Source: Paraspadella gotoi (lineage: Eukaryota; Animalia; Chaetognatha). From it: 64,000 bases of DNA. Position numbers and translations under genes: made by a program. Below the pieces are notes generated by a model. It searched no databases and was not told where the DNA came from. It was given only the letters and a program-made list of their open reading frames with translations. The DNA lies in contig CM119264.1 of assembly GCA_051294375.1 (NCBI GenBank), positions 18,503,354 through 18,567,353 on the forward strand, written 5' to 3'. Positions 1 to 14,739 of this stretch are shown in pieces. Within the stretch, counting starts at the first letter, position 1. Each line of letters starts with the position of its first letter.

Positions 1-3000
1 AAAGATGCTGAAAAGAGAGAAAGGCTATCGAAAATAAAAAGGATGCAGAACCGATTTGAATTTGATCGTAAAAAAGCGAGAAAAGATTATGATGAAAGAA
101 GAAAGGCCAGTGAGAGAGTTAATGAGAAGATTCTATTAAAAAGAGAGGGCAAGAGAGTGTCTAATTTTTGATGCGTTGAGCGTGGGCAATGATAAGCGTA
201 ATTGGTACCAATCAAGTTTGATGAAGACAGAGAAATAAGTCGTGGGGAAAAAAACGTGACTAGGCGAGAGTTTCATTGAGCTTTAAGATGACAATTATCT
301 TATAATCATAATCTTATAATTATAATAATGATATAATGATATTTTTATGATATATAATGATAATCATAATAATTATAGTTATTATTATATTTAATTACGT
401 TATGTTTACTTCTTAAGATAGAAAAAGTCAAATACGAAACCAATTTTATTCAATTACAGATGATTGTTCTCAACATCTACGCTCTTCGATGTCTGCTCAT
501 TTTTCAACCACGCCTCAACTTCTCAATATCTTCTCCTCCATGTTTTCTCAACTTCTCTTCAATCTTTCAATAACTTCTCGTCAACGTCGCCTCCACCTCG
601 TCTCGATCCTCCCCTACTTCTTCTTATCACGCGTTTCGACGATAACGATCTTTTTGCTTATGACGAATGAGCTGCGATGATTGATTAATGTCTCGGGTTA
701 AACGAAACCATCGACGTGGGCGTCTCTGTCAGGCGACGGCGGCGGCGCTGGCGGCGGCGGCGNNNNNNNNNNCGGTGGCGGCGTTAATAAACAAGAGGCC
801 GCGGGGAGAGCGGCCTTGATTACAACCGATAATATGAGAGGAGGCATTACTATGTTCATGCAAAACCATAGACGACCGAAGCCGCCTTTGCCGCAATCGA
901 TGACTTTCTCGGTACCTCCTCTCCGCAACTCAGTTGTTTAAACTGTCAAGAAATGACGTAAATATCGTCGAATGTCAGACGGTTGTCATTAAGGAGTCGT
1001 TTCTCTCCGTTCCAGTTTTCCAGTCACCTCAGCCTCCGGTTTCCCATTTTTTTCTTTTTCCGCATTTTTTTCCTTTTTCTCTTTTTTTTTCCTTCTCTTT
1101 TCTTCCATCTTAGTTTCCTTTTTTTTCCCCTGTTTTCCCTTCGACGTCGTTTTCGCGCTGCTTGGCATGAAAATGATTCTCTCTCTCTNNNNNNNNNNNN
1201 NNNNNNNNNNNNNNNNNNNNNNNNNNNNNNNNNNNNNNNNNNNNNNNNNNNNNNNNNNNNNNNNNNNNNNNNNNNNNNNNNNNNNNNNNNNNNNNNNNNN
1301 NNNNNNNNNNNNNNNNNNNNNNNNNNNNNNNNNNNNNNNNNNNNNNNNTCTCTCTCTCTCTCTCTCTCTCCCCACGGTCGCAAGACTCAGCGCTGAATCC
1401 ACTTTTCCTGTTTTATTTCTTTTTCTTTCCATTTTTTCTTCAATTTTTCTTTTCATTCTCTCTCTCTATCTCTCAATAACTCTTCGTATCAGTGTCTTCC
1501 TCGCCCCTGTCCCTCTCTAATTCTTTCCGCTCGCTCTCTCGCTCTTTCCCGCTCTCTGACACTCTATTTCGCTCCTATTATTTCCACCTTCCCACCTTTT
1601 TCAGATTTTCTCTCTTCCCTCTGCCCCACCCTTTTCCCATTATCTCCCCGGTCTCTTTCTTCCCCTTTCCCTCCGGCCTCGGGATCCTAGGTGTTGGTTT
1701 TTATGGTCTTCTGACGCAACTCAAAGGCAATTACCGCCGCTGCTGTCGAAACGGCAGCAGCAGCGGCTGCGGCGGCGGAAGATCCCCATCGTCGCGCTGC
1801 GGCCCAGTAGACGCCGCTGCGAAAACCAACGGCCGCGTCGCCGCGTCGCCGGCCATTCTCGGCGTCGCTCTCGGCTTACTTTCTCCTCTTCTTCTCCCTC
1901 CCGCCCCCCCCCTTCATCCGGCCGTCCACACCGACGGACGACGACGCCGGACCTTGTGGCGCGCCGTCGAAGAATCCGGCACCGCCCACGGATATCGCGC
2001 TCACATCCGGGTGCCAAGTCTCTCCCGACGACTTCACCGGATACCTGGTTAAAGAAGCGGATGTTATTCCTCGCTTTACACGCTTCCTTTCCACGTCGTT
2101 TCGGGGTCGTCGTCGCCTTGGCCGTCTTCGTCGTCGTCGCCCTCAACATATAGCGCCTTTTCTTAATTCCTTCTTTCATACTTTAGGTTTTTGCCATAAA
2201 AATAATTCGGCCTGACGTTTTTCGTGACGACCGATAAGCCTGACTCTTTTATCCCCNNNNNNNNNNNNNNNNNNNNNNNNNNNNNNNNNNNNNNNNNNNN
2301 NNNNNNNNNNNNNNNNNNNNNNNNNNNNNNNNNNNNNNNNNNNNNNNNNNNNNNNNNNNNNNNNNNNNNNNNNNNNNNNNNNNNNNNNNNNNNNNNNNNN
2401 NNNNNNNNNNNNNNNNNNNNNNNNNNNNNNNNNNNNNNNNNNNNNNNNNNNNNNNNNNNNNNNNNNNNNNNNNNNNNNNNNNNNNNNNNNNNNNNNNNNN
2501 NNNNNNNNNNNNNNNNNNNNNNNNNNNNNNNNNNNNNNNNNNTTTTTTTTTTACCGCTTCTCTCGCCGCGTCTCTGTTTAACGCGAATAATATGCAAAGA
2601 GCTAAACGACGATCGCTTTCAATCGCGTCCTTTCGCTTTGGAAATCGCAGACGGACGTTTTCATCCTACAATAAGATCGTCTCTTAATCGGATCGAGAGA
2701 GGAAAGAGATGACGACTCGAGCGGGAGGATAAATAATTTGCGGATAACCAATATCTTCTTTGTCGTCGTCGTCGTCTTCGTCGGAGTTGTGGGAGTTGAT
2801 GTCGTTATCTACTAATCTTTGATTCGTTCAGAGATTCTTGAACTTCATGTCATGTCATGTTCCCTCTGTGTTCCGCCGTCGCGGCATGAGTCTCACCAAT
2901 TTCAAGATGGCGAGGGCCCCCCCACCTCTTTACTGCCCACCAATACCGCACGGATCGATGAGGGTCCGGCCTCTTTAGCGATGACGCTCTCAGCCTCCTC

Positions 3001-3495
3001 CTCCACTTTCTCCTTCTCCTCCTCCTCCCTCCAGCGATGGTCATCTCGTCTTTGCTTTTTTCTCTTTCTCTCGGTCTTCGCCATCCGAGCATCATGGATT
3101 TGCACCGTTTGCAGAAAGGCACCAACATCGATGAAGAGAACCCAGAGCGCGGAGCGGCGAACACCGGACCGCAAATGGCTGCGGAAATCTGCGAAGAAAC
3201 AAAAAATAGGGGATAAAGGGATAAAGGAAGAATATGGAGAAAAGGGAAAAGGGAAAAGGGAAAAGGGAAAAGGGAAAAGGGAAAAGGGAAAAGACAGAGG
3301 GTGAAAAAAGGTGAAGGAAGATGAAGAGGTGAAGCATTGAGAAGAAACAAGTTAACAATTTGAAATGAGCTCTTTTTTAACACAAAGCTGGAGGTTTCTC
3401 AGTAGAGAGAAATGTCGATAGATTTAAACATGTGAGATAAAGTCAGTGAAGAAGTCCAAAGAGATGAAGATAAAAAGAGTTCTAACAGATTCGAG
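1..3495. repeat. Copy A of ~3.3-3.5 kb direct duplication (copy B at 4902-8175)
   Basis: Position 1 (aaagatgctgaaaagagagaaaggc) recurs at 4902 and stays colinear to ~3495/8175. The copies differ mostly by 1-bp indels, and copy A ends at an N gap (3496-3520). Confidence 0.95.
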
Positions 3496-4085
3496 NNNNN
3501 NNNNNNNNNNNNNNNNNNNNAGGGAAAGGATATAGAAGAAAAAAGGGAAAATAGTAAAACAGAGAGTAATAGATGGCGGAAAAAATAGCTGGAAAAACCA
3601 TGAGAGTATCGGAAAGAAAAGACATGAGGAAGAAACGAACGTCAAACGTCGTAATTAATGAAGGAAAAAAATTTGTCGGCTGCGAAGGAGAAAGAAGCGA
3701 AGGAGAAAAAACGTAAAAACGAGAAGATGAGATTAAAAAACGGAATAAAAAGAAGTAAAAAGAAGAAAGAAATTTCTCTCCTCTCTAACGCATCGAAGAG
3801 ACACGGGACAAATATGAAAAAAGAAGCCAATAAATGATGACGCGAAAAATAAGAAAAAAGGGAACTCGCATGAGCCTAGCTGCTTGCTCAGTCACGAATA
3901 AACTCATTAGAGTATGTACACTAAGTATGTACACTACATACTATAAGTATGTACACTGTACACGTATAATCCCTCTCACATGGACACACTCCACTATACA
4001 CGCACTGAAACATCCAATGAAGCAATAACCACTAGCACGGCAAATATTATTAAAAACCGTAAAACATCCCTTAAAGAAAAAAATA

Positions 4086-4710
4086 CAGGGGTGGGACCAT
4101 ATATCTGGACAATACTTAACATCTTGCCCTGTCAGAACGATTTGGAGATACAATAATAAAATAAGTGCTATAAAATTTTTATGGCTTTTTATTTCATATA
4201 CAATGAAACAAAGTAAATTTTTAAGTAACTCTAAGGCGTTGCGGTTGCTTTAAAAACATTTTAGTCGATTTTATGTGAATACAATATTGTATATAATAAA
4301 GCTATATTTATTAATTTTTCAGTAATCGTTTTGTTATCTTAATTTTTCGATTTCTGCTTTTTTATCTATACAAATTAATTTATTTATATCTCTAAAAAAT
4401 TGACTATAATAGTAACTTACCCAACCTTCTATTATTTAAAAAATTTTTATTGAAAATGAAATGTATACCTTACCAAAAAACATTTTACAATACCAATAAT
4501 GTTTTTATAAATGATTTTATTTAGTATATTTAAATTGAGATCAAGCAATAAGTATTCAAATATTTTTCTTCCAAATCGCGTGATAAAATATTATATATTA
4601 AATAAAAAATAAGAAAGAATATTATTTAAATATTTATTTAGATTTCAAAAATATTAACAGTTTTATAGAATGATATTTAAAATTTTGTCCGGATATATGG
4701 TCTCACCCTG
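4086..4710. mobile_element. ~625-bp MITE with ~26-bp TIRs and TA flanks (Tc1/mariner-like)
   Basis: Left end ta|CAGGGGTGGGACCATATATCTGGACAA; right end TTGTCCGGATATATGGTCTCACCCTG|ta (reverse complement CAGGGTGAGACCATATATCCGGACAA). Interior is AT-rich and non-coding. Confidence 0.8.
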
Positions 4711-4901
4711 TAAATGATGGACTCCGGAGTGAATTTATCTGCGCCAAGATGAAGAGCTCACCTTCGTACGAGTAGCACCTCCGGGGGGAGAGAGAGAGAG
4801 AGCGAGAGAGAGAGCGAGGAAGAGAGAGAGAAGAGAGAGGAAGAGAGAGAGAGAAGAGGAGAGAGAGAGAGAGTTGAAACGCGCAACGCAAACAGAACAG
4901 C

Positions 4902-6070
4902 AAAGATGCTGAAAAGAGAGAAAGGCTATCGAAAATAAAAAGGATGCAGAACCGATTTGATTTGATCGTAAAAAAGCGAGAAAGATTATGATGAAAGAAG
5001 AAAGGCCAGTGAGAGAGTTAATGAGAAGATTCTATTAAAAAGAGAGGGCAAGAGAGTGTCTAATTTTTGATGCGTTGAGCGTGGCAATGATAAGCGTAAT
5101 TGGTACCAATCAAGTTTGATAAAGACAGAGAAATAAGTCGTGGGGAAAAAAACGTGACTAGGCGAGAGTTTCATTAAGCTTTAAGATGACAATTATCTTA
5201 TAATCATAATCTTATAATTATAATAATGATATAATGATATTATTATGATATATAATGATAATCATATAATTATAGTTATTATATATTTAATTACGTTATG
5301 TTTACTTCTTAAGATAGAAAAAGTCAAATACGAAACCAATTTTATTCAATTACAGATGATTGTTCTCAACATCTACGCTCTTCGATGTCTGCTCATTTTT
5401 CAACCACGCCTCAACTCTCAATATCTTCTCCTCCATGTTTCTCAACTTCTCTTCAATCTTTCAATAACTTCTCGTCAACGTCGCCTCCACCTCGTCTCGA
5501 TCCTCCCTACTTCTTCTTATCACGCGTTTTCGACGATAACGATCTTTTTGCTTATGACGAATGAGCTGCGATGATTGATTAATGTCTCGGGTTAAACGAA
5601 ACCATCGACGTGGGCGTCTCTGTAGGCGACGGCGGCGGCGCTGGCGGCGGCGGTGGCGGCGGCGGCGGTGGCGGCATTAATAAACAAGAGGCCGCGGGAG
5701 AGCGGCCTTGATTACAACCGATAATATGAGAGGAGCATTACTATGTTCATGCAAAACCATAGACGACCGAAGCCGCCTTTCCGCAATCGATGACTTTCTC
5801 GGTACCTCCTTCTCCGCAACTCAGTTGTTTAAACTGTCAAGAAATGACGTAAATATCGTCGAATGTCAGACCGTTGTCATTAAGAGTCGTTTCTCTCCGT
5901 TCCCAGTTTTCAGTCACCTCAGCCTCCGGTTTCCCATTTTTTTTCTTTTTCCGCATTTTTTTCCTTTTTTCTCTTTTTTTTCCTTCTCTTTTCTTCCATC
6001 TTAGTTTCCTTTTTTTTCCCCTGTTTTCCCTTCGACGTCGTTTTCGCGCTGCTTGGCCATGAAATGATTC

Positions 6071-6141
<71 letters not shown>

Positions 6142-8175
6142 CTCGTCTCTCTCTCTCTCTTCTCTCCCCACGTCGCAAGACTCAGCGCTAAATCCACTTT
6201 TCATGTTTTTATTTCTTTTTCCTTTCCATTTTTTCTTCAATTTTTTCTTTTCATTCTCTCTCTCTATCTCTCAATAACTCTTCGTATCAGTGTCTTCTCG
6301 CCCCTGTCCCTCTCTAATTCTTTCCGCTCGCTCTCTCGCTCTTTCCCGCTCTCTGACACTCTATTTCGCTCCTATTATTTCCACCTTTCCCACCTTTTTC
6401 AGATTTTTTCTCTCTTCCCTCTGCCCCACCCTTTTCATTATCTCCCCGGTCTCTTTCTTCCCCTTTCCCCTCCGGCCTCGGGATCCTAGGTGGTTTTTAT
6501 GGTCTTCTGACGCAAACTCAAAGGCAATACCGTCGCTGCTGTCGAAACGGCAGCAGCAGCGGCTGCGGCGGCGGAAGATCCCCATCGTCGCGCTGCGGCC
6601 CAGTAGACGCCGCTGCGAAAACCAACGGCCGCGTCGCCGCGTCGCCGGCCATTCTCGGCGTCGCTCTCGGCTTACTTTCTCCTCTTCTTCTCCCTCCCGC
6701 CCCCCCCCTTCATCCGGCCGTCCACACCGACGGACGACGACCGCCGGCCTTGTGGCGCGCCGTCGAAGAATCCGGCAACGCCCACGGATATCGCGCTCAC
6801 ATCCGGGTGCCAAGTCTCTCCCGACGACTTCACCGGGATACCTGGTTAAAGAAGCGGATGTTATTCCTTCGCTTACACGCTTCCTTCCACGTCGTTTCGG
6901 GGTCGTCGTCGCCTTGGCCGTCTTCGTCGTCGTCGCCCTCAACATATAGCGCCTTTTCTTAATTCCTTCTTTCATACTTTAGGTTTTTTGCCATAAAAAA
7001 TAATTCGGCCTGGACGTTTTTCGTGACGACCGATAAGCCTGACTCTTTTATCCCCATCCCCATCTCTTCCTTCCTCTTTTTTTATTTCCCCTCTACTAAA
7101 TCCCCTTCCGACCCCTTAACCCCTTCCTCTCCCCCCCTCGCCCCCACCCCATTCCCCTTTGAACCGCGCGGCGATTTGCATGCAAATCGCGAAAGCGACG
7201 AACGCGCTACGAGCGAGGCGGCAACGCGTCCGCTTTTTTTTTTACCGCTTCTCTCGCCGCGGTCTCTGTTTAACGCGAATATATGCAAAGAGCTAAACGA
7301 CGATCGCTTTCAATCGCGTCCTTTCGCTTTGGAAATCGCAGACCGCGTCATTTCATCCTACAATAAGCATCGTCTCTAATCGGATCGAGAGAGGAAAGAG
7401 ATGACGACTCGAGCGGGAGGATAATAATTTGCGGATAACCAATATCTTCTTGTCGTAGTCGTCGTCTTCGTCGGAGTTGTGGGAGTTGATGTCGTTATCT
7501 ACTAATCTTGATTCGTTCAGAGGATTCTTGAACTTCATGTCATGTCATGTTCCCTCTGTGTTCCGCCGTCGCGGCATGAGTCTCACAATTTCAGATGGCG
7601 AGGGCCCCCCCACCTCTTTACTGCCCACCAATACCGCCACGGATCGATGAGGGTCCGGCCTCTTAGCGATGACGCTCTCAGCCTCCTCCTCCACTTTCCC
7701 TTCTCCTCCTCCTCCTCCAACGATGGTCATCTCGTCTTTGCTTTTTTCTCTTTCTCTCGGTCTTCGCCATCGAGCATCATGGATTTTGCACCGTTTGCAG
7801 AAAGGCACCAACATCGATGATAGAGAACCAGAGCGCGAGCGGCGAACACGACGAAATGGCTTGCGGAAATCTGCGAAGAAACAAAAAATAGGGGATAAAG
7901 GGATAAAGGAAGAATATGGAGAAAAGGAAAGGGAAAAGGGAAAGGGAAAAGGGAAAAGGGAAAAGGGAAAAGACAGAGGGTGAAAAAAGTGAAGGGAAGA
8001 TGAAGAGGTGAAGCATTGAGAAGAAACAAAGTTAACAATTTGAAATGAGCTCTTTTTTAAACACAAAGCTGGAGGTTTCTCAGTAGAGAGAAATGTCGAT
8101 AGATTTAAACATGTGAGATAAAGTCAGTGAAGAAGTCCAAAGAGATGAAGATAAAAAGAGTTCTAACAGATCGAG
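4902..8175. repeat. Copy B of the 1-3495 duplication
   Basis: Colinear with 1-3495 and supplies sequence across the N gaps of copy A. Confidence 0.95.
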
Positions 8176-8221
8176 GCACTCGTGGAGAATTCGAGGATCA
8201 TATCGCCTCTTGAGAAAGAGA

Positions 8222-8297
<76 letters not shown>

Positions 8298-10121
8298 AGA
8301 GAGATGCGAGATTGAGACACCCGACGACACCCGAGAACTCGAGAGGCCAAGAAGGAAGGAGAGAGCGGGCGAGAATTAATGAAAGAAGGAAACTGGAAAG
8401 AGAGAAAAGGGTTCAAGAGAAACAGGGATGAGAGAAAAGTAGAAGAAGAAACTTTAAGTTGAAGTGAATAAATTTAATAAATCTACTTCATTTTGTTTAA
8501 ACGATTTATTTTTCATGCGTATAAAAATAAACGAGTAAGATTACCTACTTTTTATTTACGTTACGAGCACGATGAAGAAATCTTGGTGTATAACCCACCA
8601 AAGAAGCAAGAGTACAAAAAGAGGTTTGTTCAGACATCGAGAAAAAAAAATTAAACGAGAAATGAAGTTACTGACAAAAAATACTAAAGCGCAGAAGAAG
8701 TAAGTTCTAAAAAGTAAAACAGAGAAGACGGTTCACGGGGAAAAAAAATCTATTGGTAACCAAACACCCGGAAAATTCGCACAGGAAAAAAGAACAGGAA
8801 AAATGGGAGGATGGGGAAAAGGAGAAAAAGGAAGGACCGTGTTTTAGTTCGGGGAGATGAGAAAAGAAAAAGGAAGAGAGGGAAAAGAAGGACGGATAAT
8901 TTAGTTCGGCGAGACAAGAGTGGAGAGGGACAGAGTTCTGAAGTTGGTCCGTGAGAAAGGTAGGGTCGGGTGAGGAAGTGAGGCCGACGAAGGAGACGAG
9001 GGATCGAATATTCGCTTCGTCAGGACTGGCGAGGAAGGAAGAGACAAAGAGGCTCGTTTCCCGCGGTGATCACCAGGGTGGAATTTTCGGAGGAGGAGGA
9101 TGAAGAGGAGGAGGAAGAAGAGGAGGAATAAAGCGGAGAGCGGGGGAACGAAATCCTGTTGTTGGTAATATGAATGATTTATTCATGACCGGGCGCTTGG
9201 CTTTGAGTCGTCGGAGGAGGCGGAGGAGGAGCTGGGTGAGTGAATGATCTCACGGCGAGAGCGAGATAGGGAGGAAGGAGGGAGAGAGAGAGAGAGAGAG
9301 ACGAGACGAGAGAGAGAGAGAGAGAGAGAGAAGAGAAGGAGGAGAGAGAGAGAAGAGAGAGAGTTCCCCTTTCTGCACAGCTGCGGGCGCGCACGAAGTC
9401 GCAGGAATCCGTCGCAAGAGTTGCTTTTTTTTTTTTCTTCCTTTTCTCCTTCGCTTCTTTTTTCTCCTTTCCTCTTTTCTCTTTCGTTTCTCGAGATAAA
9501 GAGCGAAGCTGCGGCGAATACATCAGCTTTTCACGATTAGATTTTAACTTTTTTTGGTCCGCAACATTTTTTAGCGTGAAGGGAAGATGAGGATCGTTTC
9601 TGGCCTCCTTAGGATTTCCTTTTCTTATTTTTTGGAGGGGTGGTGAGAGGTGTGAACTGTGAAGTAGAGTGGAAATAAAGAAGAGGAAGTGAAGGGTGAA
9701 GACTTCACTTAAGAGACTTCCTGGGCGTGAAAACTTTAAAGATGAAAGAGAGGCAAAGCGATTGGATGAAATGAACTCTGGAGTTTGACTTTATCCTTCT
9801 TAATTATTTAATTCCCAATCAGTGGTAATTCGTTCTCTCCCTTCTTCTCGTCTGCCGACTCCGACAATACATTTTAAACACTCACGCTGAGAGGATTTCG
9901 CCCGATCGTTTTCATTTCATTTCAATTTGTGTTCCCATCGGCTCTTCTCATTTTCCATATTCCACGCGGCGCTCTCATCGGCGGCGTCGCTCCGTGCGGC
10001 GTCGGTGGCGTCGGCGCGAGAAGAATCGAGGCGGGCAAACGCCAGGACCAGAGCGCATAATACAGAAGGGAACACTTTCGTATAAATCACGCAGACAAGC
10101 CCACATTAAGCCGCGGGAAAA

Positions 10122-10210
<89 letters not shown>

Positions 10211-10572
10211 CCGACGGGGAATATATGCGATAACGCGAACTAAAAACGACGACGACGACGAGGACTCTGTCGACAAGAGAGGCGTTGAAAACCTTTCCAC
10301 GTTACAATCGATCAAGCGAGATAAGGAATTGTCTACTGTGTTCGTTCATTGGCTGTCTTATGGCGGAATCTTGAGAACCCAACTCGTTTTCAGTATCGAG
10401 CGCCATCTCCTTTCCGACTCAATGAGCCTTTCACCCTTTTTCAGCACTGCCAAGAACGAAGGGATAATTGGAGATGGGAAAGAAAGACGACTAGACTCAT
10501 TCCAGTCTTTTTTTTTCATTCATTTCTTACTTTCTTTCTTACTTTCGTTCTTTCTCTCTTTCTTTCTTTCGT

Positions 10573-10608
<36 letters not shown>

Positions 10609-11218
10609 TTCTTTCTTATTCGTTTTCTCTCTCTCTTCTATCTCTTTCATTCTTTCTTTCTTTCTTTCTTTTTTCTTTTTCTTTCTTTCTTTCTTCTTTC
10701 TTTTTTTATCTTCAAGAGCGGACGATTAGCGTCGGCGTCATCTTTCTTTCTCTCAAATCGATCCGGCAAAATCCCCTGACGCCGTTTCCACGCCCACTCT
10801 CTCTTTCCTCCAATCTTTCATCCATTGATTCCTTTCCTTTTTTCCGACTTCTTTATTTACGTTTCCCTTCGACCTTCCAACCTCGAAAACCCTCCCCTGC
10901 TTTCCTCTTCACTTTTCTTCCCTCATTTTGAGCTTTCTTGTTCCTTTTCTTTTATTTTCTTCCAAAACTTTTTTCTTTACTTTTTAATTCATTTGCTTTT
11001 CATCTTTTTCGATTATTTTTTTTTTCATTTTCCACACCTTTCCCTTTTGTTCCTTTCCTCTCCTTTCCACTCACCCTATCCCTTCGTTTCTACCCTTGCC
11101 TCCACCCACTTCCGCTCGACGGCCCGAAAAGGGGCTCGCGAGTCAGTTTTAAATGGGCTGCGAATAAACCGTTTAACCGACTCAATTTTGTTTTCGATTC
11201 GTCGGTACTTTCTCGCTC

Positions 11219-11360
11219 CCATCGCTTCTCCCATCGCTTCTCACATCGCTTCTCCCATCGCTTCTCACATCGCTACTCACATCGCTTCTCCCATCGCTTT
11301 TCACATCGCTTCTCACATCGCTTCTCCCATCGCTTCTCACATCGCTTCATCTATCGCTTT
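11219..11360. repeat. 12-bp minisatellite (CATCGCTTCTC[C/A])n
   Basis: About 11 tandem units; they produce the spurious SHRF/ASHI peptide repeats in the ORF track. Confidence 0.9.
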
Positions 11361-14300
11361 TCCGATCGCTTTGGAGGTCATTCTCTTCCCTCGATGGGAG
11401 ATCAAATTTGCTTTAACATTGCTTCTAGTTGAGAGATTTTTCAAATTTGTTAGATTTTATGTTTCCTTTTCTGGGTTGAGATTCCGACTTATCTTCCGTT
11501 TTACATACGAATATTGTGCAAAAGTATAATTTAAATTAAGCTTATTATCTGTATGTTACCTAAAAAGAGGTAAAAAAAGGTAGCAACTTCCAAATTTAAC
11601 TTCAAGGTACAATCATATAGTACTTTTTGTGTTAATGCTGAAGGTTGAATATTTCTCAGTTTTTCCTTTTTCTTATTTTGGTTTTTTTCGGTCGATGCAT
11701 ATCTGTCCAAATTCTTTCGACTTTTATTCCCAATTCCTGTCACTCGCTTTGTACACAAAATTATTTTAAAAAATAAACCCTTTTTTCAGGTCTTTTTCAA
11801 TTATTAAGTGAGAGCGAGGTTAGAGCTTTCTAAATTTAGAGTGATTAAATAAAGAAAAATAGTATGTTATGATCAGTTTTGGTTTACTGAAGATTTAATC
11901 AACCTTTGGTTGAAAGACAACGATCCAACGTCTCCGCTTCTCCGCTTTTCCGCTTCTCCGCTTTTCCGCTTCCCAATTCTCCGCTTCTACACGAAGTAAT
12001 GAACGTGAAATTTGTGATCATTAAATTCTTAATAGAAGGACGACTTGTCTTCGAGCGAGGAAAGATTCGAGGCTAAATTAGAGCGGGAAATGGGAAAAGA
12101 ACGAAAGAAGAAAGAAAATAGAGAAAGAATAATAGAAAGTAAAGACGGAGGAAACGTCGTAATAAGGAAAAGAGAAAGTTAAAATTCTAAAGATCGTAAA
12201 CAGCAAAAAATGAAGTGCAAGTATTGCGTGGAACGAAATAGAGAAGTTAAAAGTAAAGCACGTAGTATCTCATTGAATCGAACTCCTTTAGACTCTCGCT
12301 AGTATTTTCCTCCATTTTTTCTCTCGAATCCATTTTGACTTTGCTCCCTTTCCTCCTTTCCTCCTTTCCTCCTTTCCNNNNNNNNNNNNNNNNNNNNNNN
12401 NNNNNNNNNNNNNNNNNNNNNNNNNNNNNNNNNNNNNNNNNNNNNNNNNNNNNNNNNNNNNNNNNNNNNNNNNNNNNNNNNNNNNNNNNNNNNNNNNNNN
12501 NNNNNNNNNNNNNNNNNNNNNNNNNNNNNNNNNNNNNNNNNNNNNNNNNNNNNNNNNNNCCTGGAATCGCTGCAAATCACCAGTGTTGTTGCATCTGTCG
12601 TCTTTCTTTCAGACGGCAGCGGCGCCAGCTGCCGCTGCTTCTGCGATTTCCGCTGCCCCCGCGGCGGCCTTCAAAGTCACATCTGCTACGCCGAGAGTTT
12701 TAAGCTGCGTGATTTCGACCGAGGTTCTGATGCTTTCGATGCCGTAGTCGTCGTCGTCGTCGTCGTCGTCGTCGGAAGGCTTCGGTTAAAAGGAGAAAGA
12801 AGATTTGTCTTGAGACCAACAAGATGGAATCTACAAAGATGAAGGGAAACTGTGGCGACGACGGCGACGACGATGACGACGAGAAGAACATTTCAGATCG
12901 AGCATCGATTGTATCTAATAGGAAAAGTTTCTCTACTCACGCAAAACAATCTCAGATGAAAAAATATAATTTTAGTTTTTTTATTCATTTTCTTTCCCCA
13001 TTGGTTCGATTAGAAAAAATTGTCGCGGATTGCGAGAATGGAATTGTGGGAAATTAAGTTAAGAAATTGCTGTATAAAAAAAGTAAAGTTGCGATAAGTT
13101 ATTGTCGAAACAAAGTGATCAGGAGATTTATATAACTACAACTAACAAACGAAACACAAAAAAATATTTGTTCATATATCGCGGAAAAAATATCGAATTT
13201 CCACAAGAAAGACTCGAAGAGCTCATGAGTAAAGCCAAAACAAAGAGACTCGTGACCCGGAAGAAGAGTCGACTCTGGTTCATCTCGATTTGGGATTTGG
13301 GAGAAGAAGGAAGAAAATCCCTGTTTTGGCGCCGCGATTGACCCTGGATAATCGCTTGGCAACTCCACGCCAACCACTTGGGCTCTTCCCCAATTATCCT
13401 TCTGCCATTTCGAGCAGATTCATCCAAAAAGTCCAGTCTTGCTTGTTTACAATTTCACGATGTGCGATTAGACGCAATTCAGTCCTTATATACGTGTGAG
13501 GATGACAGAGAATCGTAATTTCTACTCATACAAGGGTGAACAAGACGAGCAAAACTCAGAAAACCGATATGGACAAAATATATGAAATAAGAAACAAAAT
13601 CCGGTCCCTCAAACCTGGGGCGAGCCGTCTCTATTTTGCCACCATCCGCCAAAGATTCTCTCGATTTCACCTTTACTCTCGTTCTTTCTTTCTTTCTCTC
13701 TCTCTCTCTCTCTTTTTCTCTCTTTTTCTCTCTCTCTCTTTTTCTCTCTCTTTCACTCACACATTGTGCGAGAGAAGCTACAAAAAGAAAAAAAAAAACA
13801 TTCGTGCCAGCCCGCCTCTCGCTGGTTCGGTTCGTCTCGTCCAATCGGGGACTTTCCCGACCTGGAATCCACCAATCGTCAACTTTGAGAATCCGGAATC
13901 CGCCAATCGTCGCTCGGGAAAATACAGTCTTTTTTTTTTTGTTCGACTCTCATTATATTCGTCGTCCGTCGACGAGTCTCACTCTTTCTCTCCGTCCCCG
14001 GGTACTTACCAGGAGCTCTTCCACCGTCATCTCCTCTTCCTCTTCTTTATCTTTTACCTCATCCTCCTCCTCATTTCCCATCCTCCTCAGTTGCCCGTGA
14101 AATGTTTTCTTCCTCGTCGCCCCTCTCTCCTCCTGCCCCCCCCTTCTCCCCTCCCCCTCTAAGCTTCTTCTGGGCTTTTGCGAGCTTCTAAAATCTAAAC
14201 GCGACGCATCGTCTTCTTTCTTTCCTCCGCTATCTCTCTTTTTACTATGCATACATTTGCACTCGCCTCTTTCTCTTCCTTCCAAATGTTTCTTTCAACA

Positions 14301-14739
14301 AATTTTCGACCTTATTATTATAAAAAGAAATAAACATTTCCTTAAACATATTGGTTTTAAATCGCCTTTAATTTTCTGCATATTTTTCTCCTTTTTACCT
14401 ACTTCCTTTTCTATAAAATCATAAATATTAAAAACATTCGCAATTTGCCATTTAGACAATCCTACAAGCAAACAAAATGTTTATTATTGCTTGACGAACT
14501 CCTATTAATAAACTTCATCCTCCTTCAAGGTGTCTTTCCATCTCACTCCTCTCCCCACGTCCTTTTAACTCTCCTTTTCCCCACCCCAACAGCCAACGCC
14601 CCCTAACGTGAGATCTTGAGACTTTTCTCGGTCGAGTACTCAAACGGCGCCACCACCGTCGCCACCACCTCCACCACCGCCACCACCGCCAACCCATAGG
14701 CTTTCCTCGGTTGGCTACTTAACAGGCATTTCTTTCGAG

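Larger units (their letters stand above)
1880..14080 (-). other. Possible exons of an unidentified minus-strand spliced transcript
   Basis: Minus-strand splice signals bound several GC-richer blocks. Donor CTG|gtaagt at 14010 follows MGNEEEDEVKDKEEEEEMTVEELL. Exon 3188-2897 has tttcttcgcag| and |gtgaga; exon 2044-1880 has ttctttaaccag| and |gtaagc. No recognisable domain, and the frames are unstable between the duplicate copies. Confidence 0.25.

Noticed and set aside
10825-11529. ORFs with SHRF/ASHI repeats
   Set aside because: Produced by a 12-bp minisatellite, with no splice or composition support.
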